64,000 nucleotides of DNA, taken from assembly GCA_964420435.1 (NCBI GenBank), contig CAYQTC010000007.1:70018-134017 (forward strand), read 5' to 3'. Source of the stretch: an uncultured Geobacter sp. (GTDB lineage: Bacteria; Desulfobacterota; Desulfuromonadia; Geobacterales; Pseudopelobacteraceae). Shown here piece by piece: positions 30,424-39,393 of the stretch. The notes under the pieces are model-generated. The model was not told the DNA's origin, did not search any database, and saw only the letters and a list, made by a program, of their open reading frames with translations. Both the position numbers and the translations under genes were made by a program. How positions within the stretch are numbered: the stretch's first letter is position 1; every line of letters starts with the position of its first letter.

Positions 30424-31725
30424 CTAGAATTTTGGCAGAAAAATGAAAAGCGAAACAGAAAGCAGCGCCAGTACCCACATACCGGTCTTGACCTCTGCTC
30501 CCCTGCCGGTGCAAACCTTTAACAGAACATAGGTAATCATGCCGGAGGTCATCCCCACCCCGATATTGTAGGTGAATATCATCAGCACAATAGTCAGAAA
30601 GGCCGGTATCAGCTCTGTCAGATCATCAAAATCAATCTGGATAATCGGTTTAATCATGAAGGAACCTATAACGATCAGGGCAATGCCGTAGGCGTGGGGC
30701 GGTACAATGGTAAAGAGCGGTGCAAAAAAGAGCGACAAGGCGAAAAGGGCAGCCACCACCAGCGCCGAAAAACCGGTACGACCGCCTTCTTCGATGCCGG
30801 CAGCCGATTCGATATAAGCACCGGTTGTGCTTGTGCCCAGAAGAGGCGCAGCCATGGTAGCCAGGGCATCGGCCAGCATGGGGCGTTCGATTTCCGGAAG
30901 ATTGCCGTTTTCATCCAGCAGATCGGCCCTCATGGAAAGACCAATCAGTGTGCCGATCGTATCCAGAAAAGCCATGATAAAAATAACCATCACAACAGGA
31001 AAGAATTGAGGGGTAAGGGCGCCCGCAATATCCAGCTTGAACAGGATCGGTTCCAGGGATGGCGGCAGACTGACAATGCTGGTCGGGAGCGGAGTAATGC
31101 CGATAAATATCGAGCCGATTGTGGTGGCAACAATGCCGATCATCATGGCCCCGTGCACCCGGCGGGCCATCAGTATGACCACAAGCATGAAACCGGCAAC
31201 AGCCAAAAGGACGGATGGCTGGGAGATGTTTCCCAGTCGTACCGGAGCCCCCTGCACGCCCAGCACCACCAGTCCGGTCTCGTTCAGGCCAATGAAGGTA
31301 AGAAACAATCCGATCCCCACCGCAAAGCTGGCCTTGAGCGACATGGGAATAGACTCGGCCAGCCAGCTGCGGATTTTGAAGATCGTCAGCAGCGTAAAAA
31401 GCGCTCCTGCTATGAATACAGCTCCCAGAGCCACCTGCCAACTGTAGCCCATGACCTTGACCACCACGAAGGCGATAAAGGCATTCTCGCTCATATAGGG
31501 AGCAATCGCGAAGGGGCGCCGCGCCCAAAGGGCCATGATGGTTGTGCCGATCACAGCCGCCAGAATTGTGGCCGTTATTGAAGGCCCCCGTGGAATGCCG
31601 GCGTTCTCAAGAATAGCCGGGTTGACGATTATGATATATGCCATAGTCAGAAATGTAGTCACCCCGGCCAGGGTTTCCTGTCGATAGCCGGTTTTGTAGC
31701 GCTTGAACTCGAAAAAACTATGCAT
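30424..31725 (-). CDS. NCS2-family purine permease (adenine/guanine/hypoxanthine type)
   Basis: 433 aa, about 12-13 TM helices. Contains AGVTTFLTMAYIIIVNP and ESAAGIEEGGRTG motifs. Confidence 0.88.
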   Translation of the reverse strand: MHSFFEFKRYKTGYRQETLAGVTTFLTMAYIIIVNPAILENAGIPRGPSITATILAAVIGTTIMALWARRPFAIAPYMSENAFIAFVVVKVMGYSWQVALGAVFIAGALFTLLTIFKIRSWLAESIPMSLKASFAVGIGLFLTFIGLNETGLVVLGVQGAPVRLGNISQPSVLLAVAGFMLVVILMARRVHGAMMIGIVATTIGSIFIGITPLPTSIVSLPPSLEPILFKLDIAGALTPQFFPVVMVIFIMAFLDTIGTLIGLSMRADLLDENGNLPEIERPMLADALATMAAPLLGTSTTGAYIESAAGIEEGGRTGFSALVVAALFALSLFFAPLFTIVPPHAYGIALIVIGSFMIKPIIQIDFDDLTELIPAFLTIVLMIFTYNIGVGMTSGMITYVLLKVCTGRGAEVKTGMWVLALLSVSLFIFLPKF

Positions 31726-32034
31726 CCGCCATATTCCTTTTCAGCAAAGATTCGCGCGTACGGCGCCGGTTCCCAATGTCAGAGATGACTGTTTTTACTA
31801 CAGGGGGGAGTTGAGGGCAATTCATTTCAGGAACATACGGAGATTTTAGAGCGTTGTGACAAGCACTCTTCGTAAATAAATCTGGACAGGCAGAGCTGTA
31901 TTAGGCAGGTTTAGAAAGGTGGACATGCATTGCACTTTCTGATAATGAGGACATCAGATATTCAAGCGGCTTTTTTTAGACCAGCCCGTTAAACTGCATA
32001 ATGACCGCCTATTATCAAACTCAGGTGACTGTGA

Positions 32035-32763
32035 ATGAAATATACCGACCTTTTCAACACACGCATTAAAAAATCCACTATCGAAGACAACTCGGAGATA
32101 ATGGCAGTCTTTGTCAATGCACTCAAAAACAACCCGAATCTGGAAGTTCAGCTTATCAATTACTACAAAGGGCTGCCGCTTTCATTTAATGCCAAAATTA
32201 CCAACATACATAATGGAGTTCTGGATTTACAAGTATATCCACAGCAGGCTGTTGCCATTTCAGATGACAATTACACTTTCATCCGCAGCAATCTGTTCGA
32301 GCACGATATTGTTGCCAGAGCTGTTGATGTGGATATCAGGCAAAAAACGGTATCATTGAACCGTCTATGCTATGTGGAAATATGTGCTGAACGGAGAAAC
32401 CATATACGGCTGAAGGTAAATCCGCCGATAGACGCCCTCTATGTAACATCGCAGGGGACAGTAAGGGGCGAGATTGTTGAACTATCCACCGCAGGAACCA
32501 TAATGGTCGTGGACTACTCCGTAGATATAGATATTGTGGAAGGTGGAAAGCTGCTTTTCAAACTGCCTGATGTAAACAACTCAACGTTCACTCACATAAA
32601 AGTACCGGCCAGAATAATAACGGTCCTGGACAAAACCATGCCCTTAAACTTCATTTTCGGTATTGCATCTGACAGCACAAACGAAAAGATTATTGCAAAA
32701 TACCTCTTCAATCGCCAGATAGAAATAATTCGCATGCTCAAGGATGGATGCGATATCGGATGA
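32035..32763 (+). CDS. PilZ domain protein with an N-terminal YcgR/PilZN-like region
   Basis: RRNHIR (RxxxR) and ELSTAG (D/N/ExSxxG) c-di-GMP binding motifs in the C-terminal half. Confidence 0.6.
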   Translation: MKYTDLFNTRIKKSTIEDNSEIMAVFVNALKNNPNLEVQLINYYKGLPLSFNAKITNIHNGVLDLQVYPQQAVAISDDNYTFIRSNLFEHDIVARAVDVDIRQKTVSLNRLCYVEICAERRNHIRLKVNPPIDALYVTSQGTVRGEIVELSTAGTIMVVDYSVDIDIVEGGKLLFKLPDVNNSTFTHIKVPARIITVLDKTMPLNFIFGIASDSTNEKIIAKYLFNRQIEIIRMLKDGCDIG

Positions 32764-33237
32764 CCGTTAAGGATTGGTTAAAGTTAGCCCGCCTTTATCA
32801 ACTACCCCAATTATTCAATCCGGATTTCTCCTGCGGCACCATCTTTATCTATCAAAGCTGTTGATCTTAATTAGACAATGGGGTCATGGATTGTGATTCT
32901 AGGGGTAAATAACACTCTCCACAAAGACTGTGAATAACCTGTTGACAGATAGAACAAGCATCAAAAAATATCCCGTATTATCGAGGTTTTCATCGGTTTG
33001 CACAACTAATAAGCACCGCCCGTAACCACCTGAAATAGAGTGTCAATAGTTATTTTTGACTGTATACAATCCTTATCGCAAATCTTCTGAAGAGCTTAAG
33101 ACGCTGAAGTCGTAACAGTGTGGATAACTGAAGAAAAAATGATGGTTATTACTCACCTCGGGAAACCTGACGTTCCAGTCGTTGCAATTTACACAGCTTA
33201 AAATGATCAGAGTTGTAGGAAATTATTTCCAAATGAA

Positions 33238-33267
33238 GCGGCCCGTGAGATCAAAATCACGGGCCGC
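33238..33267 (-). terminator. Rho-independent terminator after the 33293-33880 gene
   Basis: 11-bp stem GCGGCCCGTGA/TCACGGGCCGC with an 8-nt loop, 26 nt downstream of the stop codon. Confidence 0.55.
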
Positions 33268-33292
33268 TTAAATTCAGATATTGCTGAATTAC

Positions 33293-33880
33293 TCAGTACA
33301 ATTTAATCAGAAATTTAGCGAGGTTCTCGCCGATGCTCTTGGCCTGGTGCGGGAACAAATCAGTGTAGGACATAAGCGACATCGACCCCAGATAACCGGT
33401 CTCGCGGTCCTCAAATGTGGCCAGTTCCTTGCCGGTTGCGTCCACAAAACGCCCCTTGAACTTCAGATAAGCCTTGCCGGCGCCAAATCCAACGAACATT
33501 TTCAGGGCCTTGCTGCCGGCATTGAATTCGCTGATTTTACCTTCCAGAATAATCTGCCTGCCGCCGGGGGCAGTATTTCTTGAGATATTTTTGAACACGC
33601 CTTTGGCTTTGAGTTCAGCTGTCAGCGCGTCGGCAATATTGTTCATCAGCATCGGCATCATTTTGATGATACCCGCCTTTTCTTCATCATCAACCCGCGA
33701 ATATTCGGCACCTTCAGCTGAAAAATCCTTGATAACCAGCGTGTCGTAGTTGGCGGATATTTTTTCTGTCAGGAAGATCGTTTCTTCACTAAGCGCTTCC
33801 GGCTTCGGAAGTGTGTCTGCTGCCATTACCATGTTGGATGTAACAAAAACAAGGAACAGGGCTAACAATGTCTTTCTCAT
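33293..33880 (-). CDS. Secreted hypothetical protein (possibly DUF4410-like)
   Basis: Signal peptide MRKTLLALFLVFVTSNMVMAA; 195 aa. Last gene of the ccoGIS-containing transcription unit. Confidence 0.5.
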   Translation of the reverse strand: MRKTLLALFLVFVTSNMVMAADTLPKPEALSEETIFLTEKISANYDTLVIKDFSAEGAEYSRVDDEEKAGIIKMMPMLMNNIADALTAELKAKGVFKNISRNTAPGGRQIILEGKISEFNAGSKALKMFVGFGAGKAYLKFKGRFVDATGKELATFEDRETGYLGSMSLMSYTDLFPHQAKSIGENLAKFLIKLY

Positions 33881-33943
33881 AAATCCTCCTCAAGTGTTGT
33901 ATTTGCCTAACAATAAACAAATGACAGCCGGATTGTCAATTAA

Positions 33944-34084
33944 TCAGTCATCATCCAGCATGCGGTGCTTGGGCTTTTCCACGTCCTCGAACTGCCCCTT
34001 TTTTACCGCCCAGATGAAAACCAGCCAGCAGGCCGCCCCCAGGCAGAGCGAAAGGACAATCAATATAATCAGGCTTTCATCCAT
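33944..34084 (-). CDS. ccoS: cbb3-type cytochrome oxidase maturation protein CcoS/FixS (46 aa; below the ORF-track cut-off)
   Basis: Hand translation gives MDESLIILIVLSLCLGAACWLVFIWAVKKGQFEDVEKPKHRMLDDD*. It has a single TM helix plus the family-typical GQFEDxExP..R.L.DDD tail. The ATG overlaps the ccoI stop. Confidence 0.85.
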   Translation of the reverse strand: MDESLIILIVLSLCLGAACWLVFIWAVKKGQFEDVEKPKHRMLDDD

Positions 34085-36506
34085 GATGTTTGAACCTCAT
34101 CAGGCGCAGGGAATTGAGGGAGACCAGCAGCGAACTGGCGGTCATGGCCACGGCCGCATAGACCGGAGTTAACTGGCCTGTCATCGCAATCGGGATACCG
34201 ATCAGGTTATACAGAAAAGCCCAGGCCAGATTCTGTTTTATAATTCTGATAGTAGCACGGCTTAAGTGCCAGGCTGTCGAAATTCTGGAAAGATCATCTC
34301 CGGTAATGATGATATCGGCGTTTTCCAGAGCGATATCGCTGGAACCGGTCAAGGAACAGCTGACGGTAGCGGCAGCCAGGGCCGGGGCGTCATTGACGCC
34401 GTCGCCGGCCATCAGTACAGAATAGCCTTTTCCCTGCAGCGTTTTGATACAGGAGAGTTTCTGGTCGGGTGTCATGTCGCCGCTGGCTGATAGAACACCG
34501 ATCTCTGCGGCGATACGATCAACGGTTTTCTGATGATCTCCGCTGATCAGCCGCATATCCATACCGACTGCCGACAGATCGGCCGCCATCTCTACGGCCC
34601 CTTTTCTCAAACAGTCAACCAGCTGATAACGCCCCGCCAATTGACCATCAATGGCAATGAGAACCGGGGTGGCGGAACTGTCAATCGACTCTCGAAGTCT
34701 TTCAAACACCACATTGTTATCACTCAGGAACAGCCCGCTTCCGCATAACACCCGACGACCATCCGGCAGAATTCCGGAAACACCTCGCCCCGGAACACTA
34801 AGGAATTCCCGGCACACTTCGGGAAGATGCCCCAAATCTGCCGCATGCCGGACAATCGCCCTGGCCAGCGGATGGGCGGCCGGTTCCTCAAGCGTGGCAG
34901 CAGACTGTATGACGTCTGATTCAATATGATCACCGAAGGTTTCAAAACCAACGACATGCGGCTGCCCGAGAGTAATGGTGCCGGTCTTGTCAAACAGGGC
35001 AATCCTGATTGTAGCCAGACGTTCGATGACATCGCCGCCCCGCAGGATAATTCCCATTGATGCTGCACGGCTGCAGGCCGCCAGAACCGCCGCAGGTACG
35101 GCCAATCCCATGGCACAGGGGCAGGCGATCAACACGACAGCCAGGGCCGACATGACGGCAGCGCCAGGCCCCTCCCCTGCCAGGATAAATCTGCCTGTTC
35201 CGACCAGAACCGCCAGCAGTATCACAAACGGTACAAACCAGCCTGAAACGCGGTCTGCCAGCAGCTGCAGATGCGGTTTCCCGGCCTGGGCCATCTGCAC
35301 CAGTGATGCAACCCGCATCAGGTAGCTCTGTCCCACCGGCCTGAGAGCCTGGACAGTGACCGGGGAGGCCACATTAACGCAGCCGGAGCGAACTTCCTGA
35401 CCGACCTGCAGCAGCACCGGCAGGCTCTCGCCGGTGGCCAGCGACTGGTCAACCTCGGTTTCACCGTCAACAATCAGACAATCCACCGGAAAGCGTTCAC
35501 CCTGGCGGACCAGCAGCAGGTCTCCCGGACGAACGGCGTCAACATCGATCTGCCGGTTGTGTCCACCTTCAACCAGTGTTGCCCGCTGGGGAGCAGAAGC
35601 ATACAGCGTGCTGATGCCGGACATGGCGCGGCGGCGCACCGATAACTCCAGCAGGCGCCCTGTCAGAACAAAGGTGACAATCATCGCGGCGCTTTCAAAA
35701 TAGGTTTCCTGCCCTGCCAGGAGCGCCCACAGGCTGTAGATCCAGGCTGACAAGGCCCCGACCGCAATCAGCAGATCCATCCCGGGCACCCTGGTCTTCA
35801 GCGAGCGCCAGGCGCCCGACAGAAAGGGCCAGCCGGAGTAGAACACCACCGGAGTGGTAACCGCCAGCGAGACATACTGCAGGAACTGCTTCATGCCGCC
35901 AGCCATTCCCTGGAAGTAGCCGGCATAAAGGGCGTAGGAGTAGGCCATCAGCTGCATCGTCAGAAAGAGCGCCGTTCCGAAACGGAGCAGCACGTCGTCC
36001 CGCTCCCGCCGCGCATCCCTGTCGGACTGTTCCGGGGAGTATGGGCGGGGGGTATAGCCGAGCCGGCAGATGACGTCGAAAATTTCCAGCGGGGCAATTT
36101 GCATTGAGTCGAAACGGATCGAGGCGATGCATCCGCTGTAGGAAAGACTTACATGCTGCACCCCCGGAATGCCGGAGATCATCTTTTCCAGCAGCCAGAC
36201 ACAGGAGGGACAGGATATACCGCCGATCAGAATGTCCAGCCGGCAGAAATCACCTTCCGGGATCAGGTGACGCGCAAGATCGGCCTCGTTGAATAATGTC
36301 GCGGCTGATTCCGTAACGGTCGGTGTGAGTCGGTCGCTGCGCTGATAAAAGCTGCCCATTCCGGCGCCGCAAATCAATTGCCACGCGCCCTGGCAGCCGC
36401 GGCAGCAGAAGCGGGAGAGACTGCCGTCATCTGCCCTTGATTCCAGTGCCTTCCAGCGAAAGCTTATGCCGCAGTGACTGCAGACCGATTCCGTAGGATT
36501 ATTCAC
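34077..36506 (-). CDS. ccoI: Copper-translocating P1B-type ATPase CcoI/FixI
   Basis: N-terminal Cys-rich FixI-type domain, HMA domain with CPSC, TM CPC motif (IACPCAMGLA), DKTGT phosphorylation site and GDGVNDAP. Confidence 0.9.
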   Translation of the reverse strand: MNNPTESVCSHCGISFRWKALESRADDGSLSRFCCRGCQGAWQLICGAGMGSFYQRSDRLTPTVTESAATLFNEADLARHLIPEGDFCRLDILIGGISCPSCVWLLEKMISGIPGVQHVSLSYSGCIASIRFDSMQIAPLEIFDVICRLGYTPRPYSPEQSDRDARRERDDVLLRFGTALFLTMQLMAYSYALYAGYFQGMAGGMKQFLQYVSLAVTTPVVFYSGWPFLSGAWRSLKTRVPGMDLLIAVGALSAWIYSLWALLAGQETYFESAAMIVTFVLTGRLLELSVRRRAMSGISTLYASAPQRATLVEGGHNRQIDVDAVRPGDLLLVRQGERFPVDCLIVDGETEVDQSLATGESLPVLLQVGQEVRSGCVNVASPVTVQALRPVGQSYLMRVASLVQMAQAGKPHLQLLADRVSGWFVPFVILLAVLVGTGRFILAGEGPGAAVMSALAVVLIACPCAMGLAVPAAVLAACSRAASMGIILRGGDVIERLATIRIALFDKTGTITLGQPHVVGFETFGDHIESDVIQSAATLEEPAAHPLARAIVRHAADLGHLPEVCREFLSVPGRGVSGILPDGRRVLCGSGLFLSDNNVVFERLRESIDSSATPVLIAIDGQLAGRYQLVDCLRKGAVEMAADLSAVGMDMRLISGDHQKTVDRIAAEIGVLSASGDMTPDQKLSCIKTLQGKGYSVLMAGDGVNDAPALAAATVSCSLTGSSDIALENADIIITGDDLSRISTAWHLSRATIRIIKQNLAWAFLYNLIGIPIAMTGQLTPVYAAVAMTASSLLVSLNSLRLMRFKHHG

Positions 36507-37711
36507 GGTTTGATCGACACCGATGCGACCAGCCTGTCGCTGTTGTAAAGTTGAAGTTCAATCATTTTGGTGGGGTTTCCAAACGGCTTATGGCGGATTG
36601 TAAAAGTAAGTTCTCGATGTTCATTGGGTGCAATCAGAATGTCATTGACCGGTCCCAGCAGCGTGACGTTCCCGGCCGAAACCGGTGATACGCGGATGCT
36701 GTAGGTGGCAGGAGTTTCCGATCGGTTGCCGATAACGGCCCGCCAGGGCTGGAGCTGGAATCCATCCAGCATGCGGGGTTCAACCGTCGCAATTCGCTGC
36801 AACGCGAATGCGGACTGTTTTCTGGCAGCCAGCCCCCAGACCAGAAGCACTCCCAGCAGCAGCGTCAGGACCAGCAGGACGGCCGCCTTGCTACCTAGCC
36901 TGAAACGCCCCCCCTTCACGACACCGAAACGGTAATCGATCAGCCCGTGGCCATGCGGCCGGCGCTCCATGACGCCCCGGCAGGCATCGATGCAGCGGCC
37001 GCAGTTGATGCATTCGATCTGGTACCCTTCCCTGATATCGATCCCCATCGGGCAAATTCGCTGACAGGCATTGCAGCGAAGACAATAAGAGCGGGTTTCC
37101 TCCAGAAAAGCCAGGTTGAGGGTTCCCCGGTCCGTCAGGGCCGCCTGGAACCTGCCGTAGGGGCAGTAACTGCGGCAGAAGCTGCGCTTGACCAGAATCA
37201 GATTTATGTAGCCAAGCAGGGTCACCAGCAGAAAACAGCCGAACAGCAGCGGATGGGAATTGAAATCCAGCAGACGGGATACAACAACTCCGGGAACCAT
37301 AAACCAGCACAGCAGATTGAACGTGATCAGCATGGCAATGACCAGGGCGGTGATATGCTCGATCGCCAAAGCAGCAAACGGTGAAACTTTTTTCTGGAAA
37401 CGGCTGCCGATCAGTTCCGCCAGATCGTTGAAAACGGTCTGGGGACAGAGCCAGCCGCACCAGACCCGACCGAGAACAACAGTTATCAGCAGAAAAACAG
37501 CCAGAACAAAAAGTGTCGCCAGCAGCACCAGATAAAACTGATCTACCCTGACCGGGATACCTGCCAGAAAGAGCGTCCGCAACCCGATATCCATGCGCAG
37601 GAAAGGGTTACCTGCCACATTCAGAAAAGGCAGCAGCAGGGCCATCGCTATCAAAAGCGCCTGAACCAGCCGTCGCTTGTCGGTTATGCGGGGAAGAGGC
37701 ATTATCGTCAT
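36503..37711 (-). CDS. ccoG: Cytochrome c oxidase accessory protein CcoG/FixG (membrane polyferredoxin)
   Basis: TM helices followed by CLRCNACQRICP and CINCGRCIDAC [4Fe-4S] motifs and a C-terminal Ig-like domain. 4-nt overlaps on both sides. Confidence 0.88.
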   Translation of the reverse strand: MTIMPLPRITDKRRLVQALLIAMALLLPFLNVAGNPFLRMDIGLRTLFLAGIPVRVDQFYLVLLATLFVLAVFLLITVVLGRVWCGWLCPQTVFNDLAELIGSRFQKKVSPFAALAIEHITALVIAMLITFNLLCWFMVPGVVVSRLLDFNSHPLLFGCFLLVTLLGYINLILVKRSFCRSYCPYGRFQAALTDRGTLNLAFLEETRSYCLRCNACQRICPMGIDIREGYQIECINCGRCIDACRGVMERRPHGHGLIDYRFGVVKGGRFRLGSKAAVLLVLTLLLGVLLVWGLAARKQSAFALQRIATVEPRMLDGFQLQPWRAVIGNRSETPATYSIRVSPVSAGNVTLLGPVNDILIAPNEHRELTFTIRHKPFGNPTKMIELQLYNSDRLVASVSIKP

Positions 37712-38466
37712 TCCGACATTTTCTGTCGAAATATGTAAACCGCAACGACAAACAAGAAAACAGCGGATATTGATACATGCAGAACCTGTACAAAAGACAT
37801 GTCGCCGGAAACCAGAGCACGCCTGGCACCCTCGAATAGAGCTGTTGTGGGCATCGCACGGACCCAGGAGATTATATTGTCCGGGTAGGAGGAGAGCGGA
37901 AAGAACAGTCCCGACATGAAGATCAGCGGCATGACCAGCACCGCTTCAACCTTGCCGATAGTTTCCGGCTTGTCCATGACCGTCCCACTGATGACTCCAG
38001 CGCAGGAAAAGAGCGCCGAACCTGGAATTAAAAACAACAGGTAGTTAAAGAGGTGTTCCAGCGGAAAACGAAATGGTGTGATGGCAAAAATCACCAAGCC
38101 GACCGCGCAGCCCTTGATGATGCCGTGGGTAAAACCGGTGCAGATCTTGGCGATGATGATTTCGGAAACCGATATGGGCGTCACCCGATATGACTCGACC
38201 GTGAACTGCACCCGGCGATGGAACCAGAGACTCCAGACACTTTCGTTATAGGCGGCGTTGACCGCGGTCATGGTTATCAGGCCGGGGGCGATGAACAGGC
38301 TGTAGGGTGATCCCTCCACACTACCGATATAACCCTGCATGCCGATGCCGAATGCCAGATAGATAGTCAGCGGATAAGCCACCACCGCCACCAGTTCTGA
38401 GAATATTGCGCGTCTCAGAACCTGCATGTCGCGCAGCCAGATCGCCAGGGAACCATGCAGAATCAT
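37708..38466 (-). CDS. ABC-2 type exporter permease
   Basis: 252 aa, six predicted TM helices. 4-nt overlap with the ATPase gene. Confidence 0.8.
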   Translation of the reverse strand: MILHGSLAIWLRDMQVLRRAIFSELVAVVAYPLTIYLAFGIGMQGYIGSVEGSPYSLFIAPGLITMTAVNAAYNESVWSLWFHRRVQFTVESYRVTPISVSEIIIAKICTGFTHGIIKGCAVGLVIFAITPFRFPLEHLFNYLLFLIPGSALFSCAGVISGTVMDKPETIGKVEAVLVMPLIFMSGLFFPLSSYPDNIISWVRAMPTTALFEGARRALVSGDMSFVQVLHVSISAVFLFVVAVYIFRQKMSE

Positions 38467-39392
38467 TCACGCACCCCCGCTCCGGTCAGACTGATAAAAA
38501 CTTCTTCAAGTGTCCGCTCCTTGAGCGATATCCGGCGAACCGGAGCGCCGTTAAGGGCCGTGACAATCTCGGAAAGGCACTCCCAGCATTCAAGTGTTAC
38601 CTGAAGTTTGTTTCCTGAACCATCTATACTGCAGACACATTTCATGGAATCGAGCATAGCTGAGTAGCTAGCCACATCCCGCTCAAACTCTATCTCGTAG
38701 ACGGTCGCGCCGCTCAGCTTGTCCTTCAGCTGCTGGGTCGTGCCCTGTGCGATCAGCCGACCGTGGTCCATGATCGCAATACGGTCGCAGAGCTGTTCAG
38801 CCTCTTCCAGATAGTGGGTCGTAAGGAAAATCGTCATGCTGCCGGCCAGAGAACGGACATAATCCCAGACCGCCCGCCGCGATTGGGGATCCAGTCCGGT
38901 GGTAGGCTCATCCAGAAAGAGCAGCTGGGGTTGATGCACCAGCGCCCGGGCCACTACCAGGCGGCGCTGCATGCCGCCCGAAAAGGTATCCGGAAAATCC
39001 TTCTGGCGGCCGGCCAGCCCCATCAGTTCCAGCAGTTCATCGATGCGGGGATTATAGATTTTCTTGTCCATGCCGTGAAGACGAGCGTGCAGCACCAGGT
39101 TTTCCCGTGCGGTCAGATAGCGGTCAAGGCTGTTTTCCTGAGAGACCACACCGATCATGCTGCGGATCTGCCGGCCGTTTGTGCGGATGTCCAGTCCTTC
39201 GATAAAGACCTCTCCGGAACTCTGGCGCATGAGGGTCGTCAGGATACGGATCAAGGTTGTTTTTCCGGCGCCGTTCGGACCCAGCAGACCGAAGATAGAG
39301 CCCTGCGCCACCTCAAGATCAAACGAATTCAGGGCGGTCAGGTTTGCATATTGTTTTGTCAGGGAACGGGTGACTATTGAAGAAACAGGCAT
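38463..39392 (-). CDS. ABC transporter ATP-binding protein (DrrA/ABC-2 type)
   Basis: Walker A GPNGAGKTT, signature FSGGMQRRL and Walker B LLFLDEPTTGLD. The ATG at 39392 sits 1 nt after the UbiD stop. Confidence 0.9.
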   Translation of the reverse strand: MPVSSIVTRSLTKQYANLTALNSFDLEVAQGSIFGLLGPNGAGKTTLIRILTTLMRQSSGEVFIEGLDIRTNGRQIRSMIGVVSQENSLDRYLTARENLVLHARLHGMDKKIYNPRIDELLELMGLAGRQKDFPDTFSGGMQRRLVVARALVHQPQLLFLDEPTTGLDPQSRRAVWDYVRSLAGSMTIFLTTHYLEEAEQLCDRIAIMDHGRLIAQGTTQQLKDKLSGATVYEIEFERDVASYSAMLDSMKCVCSIDGSGNKLQVTLECWECLSEIVTALNGAPVRRISLKERTLEEVFISLTGAGVRE

Positions 39393-39393
39393 A

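Noticed and set aside
31726-32034. Purine riboswitch expected in the 300-nt leader of the NCS2 purine permease.
   Set aside because: Reading the minus strand, I found none of the conserved purine-riboswitch junction or loop motifs, so there is no support.
32764-33290. Possible chromosomal origin (oriC), because of a perfect DnaA box in a long AT-rich gap.
   Set aside because: Only one perfect and one near-perfect box are present. There is no dnaA/dnaN/gyrB context and no obvious 13-mer DUE repeats. One perfect 9-mer per 64 kb is roughly chance level.
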